From contig CM035353.1 of the NCBI GenBank assembly GCA_020137815.1, positions 1,178,001 through 1,242,000 of the forward strand: 64,000 bases of DNA, in the 5' to 3' direction. Below the pieces are notes generated by a model. That model searched no databases and had not been told where the DNA came from. It worked only from the letters and a program-made list of their open reading frames with translations. The translations under genes and the position numbers were made by a program. This document shows, in pieces, positions 1 through 10,400 of this stretch; position 1 is the first letter of the stretch; the number at the start of each line of letters is the position of its first letter. This DNA is from Hormiphora californensis (lineage: Eukaryota > Animalia > Ctenophora).

Positions 1-303
1 GGTAAATATAATTTTATGAAGGAGTAAAATTATGTTTTATGAAGGAGTAAATTCGTATGCATTGTTTTGAGTTTCCATACAATAATATTCATTCCGTTTG
101 ACCGCTACTTGTGTGGTGGGTTAGAAATGTATAATATGGGGAAAAATGTTTAAACAGTCGTGCCTGAACCTTAGGTTCAGGCACGAATTTTCCCCTATAG
201 TCTTTCCATCGAAAGTTCGTATTTTGAAAACTTATTGATCAATCAACTAATTGCGATGAATAACGATTAAATGATTAACTAATTAACTAATTAATTTATT
301 CAG

Positions 304-3300
304 GAGTGAGGTTGAGGAGGGATTGAAAAGGTTTGGTATTTCAACAAATGAAGATGACATTGATCTGCTTTTTGATATAACTGATAACGATAACGATGGA
401 CTTATTACACAAACAGGTAACAAACACACACACAAACACAAACACAAACACAAACACAAACACAAACACAAACACAAACACAAACACAGGAAAATAGTCG
501 AATGGTTGATTGGTTGAACCAGATAAGACCCCAGCTTTCAGAATTAAGTGCGGGAACTAAGTAAAACTCAACCTCATGGTTTTAACTCAGTATCACGACT
601 TTTTTCCTTCAATAAAAACAACTTAAAACTACACGTATTATATATTGCAATGTCAACGTATTATGTACTGCAATGTAAACTAATTCTTCAACATATCAAC
701 CCAAACTTCAAAAATACCTTTCCCCTCCTTCTGCTCCTCCCTCTCCGTCTCCTTACCCTTGCAATGCTTCCTCCATAACCTAGCTGCGACAGTAAACTTC
801 TTACTGGCCTTTTTACAGTGATCGTTATTAACCCTCCTCCGCAAGCATTCCTCCTGAAACCTTTTCTTCAGACGAGAACAATCACACTCGGACTTTTTAG
901 CCCTCAACTCTGTCTTCATAGCAGACTTTAACTTCTCACATGATGTGTCATCCTTCTCCTTATCAACTGAGCCAAGGGAAGCGGTGACGAGAAGCAGTAG
1001 CAACACAATCCTTGTGTATATTATCATACTCACATCACATCATATCACAGCTAATGTCAATACATCTAGAGAGAGGTAGAAGACAGTTAGAAGACAAATA
1101 TTAGAGAGTAACAAAATGAGAGTCATATTAGTGTACTAGTACAATGTACTTGTACAATGTATTATTGTACTAGTATAACAATGTAACACAGTGTACTAGT
1201 ATAACAATGTAACACAATGTACTGGGCAATGTATTATTGTACTAGTATAACAATGTAACACAGTGTACTAGTATAACAATGTAACACAATGTACTAGTAG
1301 TTAATACCAAGATGATGATACCAACAAATGTATAAGCCCCGCAACTAAGAGTCAATACAGTTTGAACCGGAGCAGCAAGTGATTGTATCGCAATTGTATC
1401 AAAATCAAGGGTACAACATATATACTAGTCCCCAGAAGAAAAGTCTCCAATAATAGTTTCACTTACCCAGGCCACGTACGGCTGCAGTTTCCCCAATCAC
1501 ACACCACAAGGAGGACCACTGAACGATCATATCACTGACCAGTGACCACACTGAGGGAAAGAGTCACAATGGGGGGGGGGGGAAACCTCAGGTTAAGGCC
1601 ACGGCTATTTTCCACTGAGATCTCAGGTCTCCATGCAGCTGACATCCACTCCCTGTTTTAGGAATCACCGAGTACGAGAGATCACGTACTGGGGGAGAGT
1701 CACACACCACGTTGTTCATTGATTACACCATTCCATTATACTGACACCCCTTTTTTGTGTAGAGTTTAAGAACCTATTATTTGATGCTGGACCTCCTGAC
1801 GCTGATGCGAGTTTTAAAGGACAGATTGAGAACGCTGTAAGTAGTACCTAGAATGTAATAGAATGTAAGGAGTAGAATGAATTTGTGTCCGATAGTACAA
1901 ACAAAACCAGATCACCATGTTCAAAAGTTTCTCCTTTTGTGGTATGCACAGTCGGACCCTGATCTACCGGAACCCCGATTTACCGGGAGGATAAACTTCG
2001 GTAATATGGTAGTTCTGGGCTGAACATTTTCGACCGCTTTAAAGCGCTTTAAAGCGTTTGAGAAAGCGCTTTATAGCGCTATAAAGCGCTTTAAAGCGGT
2101 ACCGCTTTAAAGCGCACCGCTTTAAAGCGCTTTTAAAGCGCTAAAAGCGCTTTAAAGCGATTCTTGTAACGATTTAAAGCGCTTTCGAAAGCGCTATAAA
2201 GCGCTTTCGCAAGCGCTTTAAAGCGCTACTGTACGATTTAAAGCGCTTTAAAGCGCTATAAAGCGCTAAAAGCGCTTTAAAGCGCTATAAAGCGTTCTTA
2301 AAAGCGCTTTATAGCGCTTTTTAAAGCGTTTTTAAAGCGCTTTAAAGCGCTTTATTTTTGGATTTTGAACAAAAAAAGCGCTTTAAAGCGGTAGCGCTTT
2401 AAAGCGCTTGCGAAAGCGCTTTCGAAAGCGCTTTAAATCGTTACAAGAATCGCTTTAAAGCGCTTTTAGCGCTTTAAAAAGTTTATCCTTTTGTGGTATG
2501 CACAGTCGGACCCTGATCTACCGGAACCCCGATTTACCGGGAGGATAAACTTCGGTAATATGGTAGTTCTGGGCTGAACATTTTCGACCGCTTTAAAGCG
2601 CTTTAAAGCGTTTGAGAAAGCGCTTTATAGCGCTATAAAGCGCTTTAAAGCGGTACCGCTTTAAAGCGCACCGCTTTAAAGCGCTTTTAAAGCGCTAAAA
2701 GCGCTTTAAAGCGATTCTTGTAACGATTTAAAGCGCTTTCGAAAGCGCTATAAAGCGCTTTCGCAAGCGCTTTAAAGCGCTACTGTACGATTTAAAGCGC
2801 TTTAAAGCGCTATAAAGCGCTAAAAGCGCTTTAAAGCGCTATAAAGCGTTCTTAAAAGCGCTTTATAGCGCTTTTTAAAGCGCTTTTAAAGCGCTTTAAA
2901 GCGCTTTATTTTTGGATTTTGAACAAAAAAAGCGCTTTAAAGCGGTAGCGCTTTAAAGCGCTTTCGAAAGCGCTTTAAATCGAGGAAGTAATTTTGATAT
3001 CTCCTTCTGGTGATCAACACACACACACGCCCTCCGTACAACGGTTATATAGGGGAATCTCACACACACACGGGCAGATCTCGGTCAAGGAGAGATTAAT
3101 TGATTATTCAGAATAAAGAGATCTGAGCAAGAATTAAATAGGGAAGAAAATCGAAAAATACTGGGTTCGACCGGGAATTGAACCAGGGACCTCCAGAGAG
3201 ACGCGCTCGATGCTCTACCACTGAGCTACCGAACCCCTGTACAGATCGCATTTCTTCAACACTATATTCAAGCACATGCCCTTAGATAGACACCATGTGA

Positions 3301-5307
3301 TAGAGGAAGTAATTTTGATATCTCCTTCTGGTGATCAACACACACACACGCCCTCCGTACAACGGTTATATAGGGGAATCTCACACACACACGGGCAGAT
3401 CTCGGTCAAGGAGAGATTAATTGATTATTCAGAATAAAGAGATCTGAGCAAGAATTAAATAGGGAAGAAAATCGAAAAATACTGGGTTCGACCGGGAATT
3501 GAACCAGGGACCTCCAGAGAGACGCGCTCGATGCTCTACCACTGAGCTACCGAACCCCTGTACAGATCGCATTTCTTCAACACTATATTCAAGCACATGC
3601 CCTTAGATAGACACCATGTGATAGAGGAAGTAATTTTGATATCTCCTTCTGGTGATCAACACACACACACGCCCTCCGTACAACGGTTATATAGGGGAAT
3701 CTCACACACACACGGGCAGATCTCGGTCAAGGAGAGATTAATTGATTATTCAGAATAAAGAGATCTGAGCAAGAATTAAATAGGGAAGAAAATCTGGAGG
3801 TCCCTGGTTCAATTCCCGGTCGAACCCAGTATTTTTCGATTTTCTTCCCTATTTAATTCTTGCTCAGATCTCTTTATTCTGAATAATCAATTAATCTCTC
3901 CTTGACCGAGATCTGCCCGTGTGTGTGTGAGATTCCCCTATATAACCGTTGTACGGAGGGCGTGTGTGTGTGTTGATCACCAGAAGGAGATATCAAAATT
4001 ACTTCCTCTATCACATGGTGTCTATCTAAGGGCATGTGCTTGAATATAGTGTTGAAGAAATGCGATCTGTACAGGGGTTCGGTAGCTCAGTGGTAGAGCA
4101 TCGAGCGCGTCTCTCTGGAGGTCCCTGGTTCAATTCCCGGTCGAACCCAGTATTTTTCGATTTTCTTCCCTATTTAATTCTTGCTCAGATCTCTTTATTC
4201 TGAATAATCAATTAATCTCTCCTTGACCGAGATCTGCCCGTGTGTGTGTGAGATTCCCCTATATAACCGTTGTACGGAGGGCGTGTGTGTGTGTTGATCA
4301 CCAGAAGGAGATATCAAAATTACTTCCTCTATCACATGGTGTCTATCTAAGGGCATGTGCTTGAATATAGTGTTGAAGAAATGCGATCTGTACAGGGGTT
4401 CGGTAGCTCAGTGGTAGAGCATCGAGCGCGTCTCTCTGGAGGTCCCTGGTTCAATTCCCGGTCGAACCCAGTATTTTTCGATTTTCTTCCCTATTTAATT
4501 CTTGCTCAGATCTCTTTATTCTGAATAATCAATTAATCTCTCCTTGACCGAGATCTGCCCGTGTGTGTGTGAGATTCCCCTATATAACCGTTGTACGGAG
4601 GGCGTGTGTGTGTGTTGATCACCAGAAGGAGATATCAAAATTACTTCCTCTATCACATGGTGTCTATCTAAGGGCATGTGCTTGAATATAGTGTTGAAGA
4701 AATGCGATCTGTACAGGGGTTCGGTAGCTCAGTGGTAGAGCATCGAGCGCGTCTCTCTGGAGGTCCCTGGTTCAATTCCCGGTCGAACCCAGTATTTTTC
4801 GATTTTCTTCCCTATTTAATTCTTGCTCAGATCGCTTTAAATCGTTACAAGAATCGCTTTAAAGCGCTTTTAGCGCTTTAAAAGCGCTTTAAAGCGGTGC
4901 GCTTTAAAGCGGTACCGCTTTAAAGCGCTTTATAGCGCTATAAAGCGCTTTCTCAAACGCTTTAAAGCGCTTTAAAGCGGTCGAAAATGTTCAGCCCAGA
5001 ACTACCATATTACCTACCATATTACCGGGAGGATAAACCCCGATTTACTGGGAGGATAAACTTCCCCCGATATAGGATTTGGATAGTTTTTGACCCCGAT
5101 CATATACCGGGCAAAACCCTTTCCCCGAGTATCCCGGTAAATCGGGGTCCGACTGCAGTATAACGTCATAAAATGACCAAGGCACATTAATATTATCTCA
5201 TTCCTCTGCAGAGTGCGGCAGTAAACAGCTCTCAAAACTTCACACCCTCCAGAAGACCCGCATCTAACAAATTCATCAGGACAACTTATACTCCTGGAAT
5301 TACCTAG
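304..5307 (+). CDS. EF-hand calcium-binding protein, 3' part (upstream exons outside the window)
   Basis: Phase-consistent GT-AG exons 304-416, 1763-1836 and 5212-5307 (TAG). They read ...EEGLKRFGISTNEDDIDLLFDITDNDNDGLITQTEFKNLLF..., with EF loop DNDNDGLITQTE split across the first intron. The terminal exon recurs at 7022-7117. Confidence 0.75.
680..1027 (-). CDS. Secreted, basic, six-cysteine small protein nested antisense in the EF-hand gene intron
   Basis: ATG at 1027; signal-like MIIYTRIVLLLLLVTASLG; 6 Cys; Lys/Arg-rich; 115 aa. Putative 5'UTR intron 1066-1466 (GTAAGT donor, [18 protein letters not shown]). Confidence 0.7.
   Translation of the reverse strand: MIIYTRIVLLLLLVTASLGSVDKEKDDTSCEKLKSAMKTELRAKKSECDCSRLKKRFQEECLRRRVNNDHCKKASKKFTVAARLWRKHCKGKETEREEQKEGKGIFEVWVDMLKN
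2983..4832. repeat. Inverted multimer of 321-bp tRNA-like units
   Basis: Period 321 (2982/3303/3624). About 2.5 units on minus (2983-3794), then about 3.2 on plus (3795-4832). CGCTTTAAATCG flanks both sides. The plus block recurs at 5620-6645. Confidence 0.9.
4076..4148 (+). ncRNA. tRNA-like Pol III cassette (pseudo-tRNA/SINE head), one of 8 identical full copies
   Basis: Acceptor stem GGTTCGG/TCGAACC; A box TAGCTCAGTGG; B box GGTTCAATTCC; TTTTT just downstream. Anticodon arm is aberrant (18 nt, no U33 or purine 37). Other copies: 3163-3235 and 3484-3556 (-); 4397-4469, 4718-4790, 5889-5961, 6210-6282, 6531-6603 (+). Confidence 0.75.
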
Positions 5308-5619
5308 CATTAGTTACCATGGCAACCAAATGAGTTACCAATTGTCAAAAACTAAAGTTACATAGATGGATGGAAACAAAAACAACGTATGATATATCAG
5401 ATAAATTCCAGCTGGTGTACTGTATTTCAGTGAATTCAGTGGATTAATATAACTTTTGTGTGAAATGCAGAACCCTTCTTTTTTAATGCAAAAGTTTAGT
5501 AAAGTGACAGCTGAAATCTGAATCTGACAGAAAATATTTTAATTGTATTTATCTGTGAATATTTGTTTTAAAACGTGTAAATTACAATTCTTAATGTTTT
5601 CAAAGATTCTAAATTATTT

Positions 5620-7424
5620 GTTCAATTCCCGGTCGAACCCAGTATTTTTCGATTTTCTTCCCTATTTAATTCTTGCTCAGATCTCTTTATTCTGAATAAT
5701 CAATTAATCTCTCCTTGACCGAGATCTGCCCGTGTGTGTGTGAGATTCCCCTATATAACCGTTGTACGGAGGGCGTGTGTGTGTGTTGATCACCAGAAGG
5801 AGATATCAAAATTACTTCCTCTATCACATGGTGTCTATCTAAGGGCATGTGCTTGAATATAGTGTTGAAGAAATGCGATCTGTACAGGGGTTCGGTAGCT
5901 CAGTGGTAGAGCATCGAGCGCGTCTCTCTGGAGGTCCCTGGTTCAATTCCCGGTCGAACCCAGTATTTTTCGATTTTCTTCCCTATTTAATTCTTGCTCA
6001 GATCTCTTTATTCTGAATAATCAATTAATCTCTCCTTGACCGAGATCTGCCCGTGTGTGTGTGAGATTCCCCTATATAACCGTTGTACGGAGGGCGTGTG
6101 TGTGTGTTGATCACCAGAAGGAGATATCAAAATTACTTCCTCTATCACATGGTGTCTATCTAAGGGCATGTGCTTGAATATAGTGTTGAAGAAATGCGAT
6201 CTGTACAGGGGTTCGGTAGCTCAGTGGTAGAGCATCGAGCGCGTCTCTCTGGAGGTCCCTGGTTCAATTCCCGGTCGAACCCAGTATTTTTCGATTTTCT
6301 TCCCTATTTAATTCTTGCTCAGATCTCTTTATTCTGAATAATCAATTAATCTCTCCTTGACCGAGATCTGCCCGTGTGTGTGTGAGATTCCCCTATATAA
6401 CCGTTGTACGGAGGGCGTGTGTGTGTGTTGATCACCAGAAGGAGATATCAAAATTACTTCCTCTATCACATGGTGTCTATCTAAGGGCATGTGCTTGAAT
6501 ATAGTGTTGAAGAAATGCGATCTGTACAGGGGTTCGGTAGCTCAGTGGTAGAGCATCGAGCGCGTCTCTCTGGAGGTCCCTGGTTCAATTCCCGGTCGAA
6601 CCCAGTATTTTTCGATTTTCTTCCCTATTTAATTCTTGCTCAGATCGCTTTAAATCGTTACAAGAATCGCTTTAAAGCGCTTTTAGCGCTTTAAAAGCGC
6701 TTTAAAGCGGTGCGCTTTAAAGCGGTACCGCTTTAAAGCGCTTTATAGCGCTATAAAGCGCTTTCTCAAACGCTTTAAAGCGCTTTAAAGCGGTCGAAAA
6801 TGTTCAGCCCAGAACTACCATATTACCTACCATATTACCGGGAGGATAAACCCCGATTTACCGGGAGGATAAACTTCCCCCGATATAGGATTTGGATAGT
6901 TTTTGACCCCGATTTACCGGGCAAAACCCTTTCCCCGAGTATCCCGGTAAACCGGGGTCCGACTGCAGTATAACGTCATAAAATGACCAAGGCACATTAA
7001 AATCATCTTATTCCTCTGCAGAGTGCGGCAGTCAACAGTTCTCAAAACTTCACACCCTCCAGAAGACCCGCATCTAACAAATTCATCAGGACAACTTATA
7101 CTCCTGGAATTACCTAGCATTAGTTACCATGGCAACCAAGTGAGTTACCAATTGTCAAAAACTAAAGTTACCACAGATGGGATGAAAACAAAAACAACGT
7201 ATGATATATTAGATAAACTCCAGCTGGTGTACTGTATTTCAGTGGATTATATATAACTTTTATGTGAAATGTGCAGAATCTTTCTTTTTTAATGCAAAAG
7301 TTAAGTAAAGTGACAGCTGAAAGTGACTCTGACAGAGAATATTTTAATTGTATTTATCTGTGAATATTTGTTTTAAAACTTGTAAATTACAATTCTTAAT
7401 GTTTTCAAAGATTTTAAATTATTT
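5620..7424 (+). repeat. 1.8-kb tandem duplicate of 3807-5619
   Basis: Offset 1813. The array part is identical; the flanking exon and 3'UTR differ by scattered substitutions and indels. Confidence 0.85.
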
Positions 7425-7484
7425 AAGTTCTATTTAAAACTAAGTTTCTGTTTATTCTTGTTAAAATGTCTTGCTGCAAAGTTA

Positions 7485-10400
7485 TTAATGTATATCCTGC
7501 ATTAGGTTCTTCTTCATACTTTGTAGTTCTTCTCCTCTTTTCAACAGGTTGGGTAGTGAAGCATTGAACTTGAATTTGTTCCCCTTGCTTTTATCCTGGG
7601 TAATATTAGTAATGTTAATTAATAATATAATGTTTAAAAAATGATATAATCAAGTTTAAGTTAGTAATACATACTAACACGGCCGCTTGCAGTCAGAATA
7701 CGGTAATGGAAAACGGAGACTAGTGTCTGACGGTGTATAAGGTCTAAATGAGGCACGGAGCTTTTCTGAATCAGCTTTTCAAGACGAATTCAACGCAACC
7801 GGAATTAGCTTTCTATCTTATCGGGAAGGTTCGGTTCACTCACGCTCATTTTTAGTCATTTTTGCCGCGCGAGCCAATCAGAGGCCAGAATTTCGAAATC
7901 CAGCCCTCTGATTGGCTCGCGCGGCTAAAAATGAAAAAAGTGAACCACACCTTCCCGATAAGATAGAAAGCTAATTCCGGTTGCGTTGGATTCGTCTTGA
8001 AAAGCTGATTCAGAAAAACTCCGTGCCTCATTTGGACCTTATACACCGTCAGACACTAACGGAGACACTGTATGAAGGCGCGCAACCAAGGCCAATCGGC
8101 GCGTTAGTACGTGCTGACAAAAAGTACTTTTAACAGATTGTTGACAAAAGCCCTTGCGCGTTACGCAAATTCCGCGCAGATTACTGTATTTTGTATTACC
8201 GTATTCTGACTGCAAGCAGCACTGTAACATTGATTTTGATGCTGTAATTCAAAAAGGGAAAAACAGTCGTGCTTGAACCTTAGTTCCAGGCTACGACTAT
8301 TGTCCACTGAGACCTGAGATTTTAGGTTTCAGTGACGGCTATTGACTTAAATCTCAGGGAATAGCCGTCACTGAAACCTGAGATCTCAGGTCTCAGTGGA
8401 AAATAGCCGTTGCCTGAAACTCAGGTTCAGGTACGACCAATTTCCCCAAAAGCTGCTAATATTGTAAAGTGCTTGATGAAAAAAGAAGTGATGCAGTTGT
8501 AAAACAACACTTGTGACCCCCCAAAAAGTGCTTGTATCATGGTCAACTCACGGGTTTCAGATTCCTCAGAACAGTCCCAGACTGAATGGCACCCACTAAG
8601 CCATCGATCAGAGTTTCAGTTTCCCGTTTTATGAAGGAGCGCTTTTGTTTTGCTGTCACCTTGTCCGGCAGTGGGGACTCTGCAATGGAAATAAAGGGTT
8701 ACATCAATGCAATTAAAATGTTTGTACAATAACTTAAGTCCTCTATAATAAAATACCCGGCCAGCCAAGTGAGGGCTGTTTGGTTTTCCTTTGATTTAGC
8801 GCGTTGATAAGTAACAATGCCCGGCTTTATAAAGTATTGCTTTCACTGAAATGAAATAAAACAGGCCGATTTTCACACTACTGGTTAATGGTAATTTTTG
8901 AATGAATTTCAACGATTCAGTCGCCATATTTCTTTGTGAATATTTTCAGTCCCCATTATACTAGTAGCAACTAGGTGTGCGAAAAACGAGGGCCATCTGG
9001 CAGAACCGGGTGGGTTTGCTATCACTAGCAAATGCTTGAATCTTGAATCCCTGTGGAGTAAGTACTTTTGGAAAAGGAAAAAGGGGTAGGTGCAGGGATT
9101 CGAGGACGGAGGGGAAGATAAAATGTATATGGGAGAAAAATATTGAAAAATGTATACCTCCCTACGCTATTTAACATACACGTGGTGCTTGTAGCGGAGG
9201 TACGGTAATGACAGTGGTGCTTGTAGTGGAGATACGGTAATACGGTAGTGGTGCTTGTCGCGGAGATACGGTAATAGCGGATACCGTAATGGCGCGGACT
9301 TGCAGCACGTCATAGCGCATTGATTAGCCACGCTTGTGCGTCTTCTTACCGTTTTTCACACCAGAACTGTTTTAGAGGAGTAGAGTGAGAGAGATATAGA
9401 AAAGAATGGAGAGACATCGGGGAGTGAGAGAGATATAGAAAAGAATGGAGAGACATCGGGGAATGAGAGAGATGTAGAAAAGAATGGAGAGACATCGGGG
9501 AGTGAGAGATATAGAAAAGAATAGATAGACATCGGGGAGAAAAAATAGATCATTTGAGAACTCCCCAAGCGGATAGAGATAGGTTAGCCAAGCGCAGAGA
9601 GGTAGGTTAGCCACGCGAGTAAGAGACATGGGGAATACTATTAAAAAGAAAGAGAACACGGAGAGCTAGCTCAAACTTTGCTAGAGGGAGTCAAGGCACG
9701 GCTAATGTCTCGAGGACAAGGACATTTACCCATTTGGGAGAGAAACATAGAAAATATAGAGTGAGAGCTGCATCTAACTTGGCTAACAGATCGCGTGACT
9801 TTATTCTCAACTATCTCGTGACTGTTGCGTTTGACCTGCCAAGAATGAGGTGCTTCTTGATTTTCATATCATTGCTGGCCCTGTCTCCTGCGACAGAAGG
9901 TAAGAACACAATTATTGGCACATAAAGGCAGTCATTAGCTACGGCTAACTAATTGGATTTATTTTAATTCTTAAGGGTGATTATTTAGTAATCTAAAGTA
10001 GTTTGAAAGTTTCAAACTTTTCAACACTACTTTAAACAAATTAATTTGAGCACTGATGAGCGGAATGTTACATTCTGTGAAACATATGTTTGCGTAAATC
10101 TCCGTGTTTCATTTCTACTAATACAGCGCCCGTGACAAGGTTGAGCACTTTCGGTGGCAAGCGCAACTTCATACTATATTTATAATTAAGTATAAAACCC
10201 ACGGCTATTATTATAATCCACTGCTGCGAATAGTAAACGAAAAATAATGATATTTCAGTGTGGAGTCCAGTTGTACGTAAAACTAAGATCCCATTTGATC
10301 TGGAGAGCACCCCTCTTCAAATCAAAACGGACTCTCCTGCTGGGAGTATGGACATGATCTGGGTGAATACATTCACTGCAGATGGCAGTTCCATTGGATG

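Larger units (their letters stand above)
2554..5014. mobile_element. Foldback element built from AAAGCGCTTT palindromes
   Basis: Terminus GGTAATATGGTAGTTCTGGGCTGAACATTTTCGACC at 2554 and its exact reverse complement ending 5014. Arms consist of TTTAAAGCGC subrepeats. Partial extra copy at 2000-2480; right arm again at ~6646-6827. Confidence 0.75.
2503..5155. mobile_element. MITE with CAGTCGGACCC termini (Tc1/mariner-like), host of nested insertions
   Basis: CAGTCGGACCC at 2503 (also 1949) and GGGTCCGACTG ending 5155, with CA on both flanks. Another family end at ~44850. Confidence 0.65.

Noticed and set aside
4076-4148. Functional tRNA-Thr(CGT) gene array
   Set aside because: Anticodon arm is 18 nt with a bulge, lacks U33 and purine 37, and the T-stem has a mismatch; better described as tRNA-like.
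4678-4881. 67-aa ORF, duplicated at 6491
   Set aside because: Chance read-through of the tRNA-like repeat into the foldback arm.
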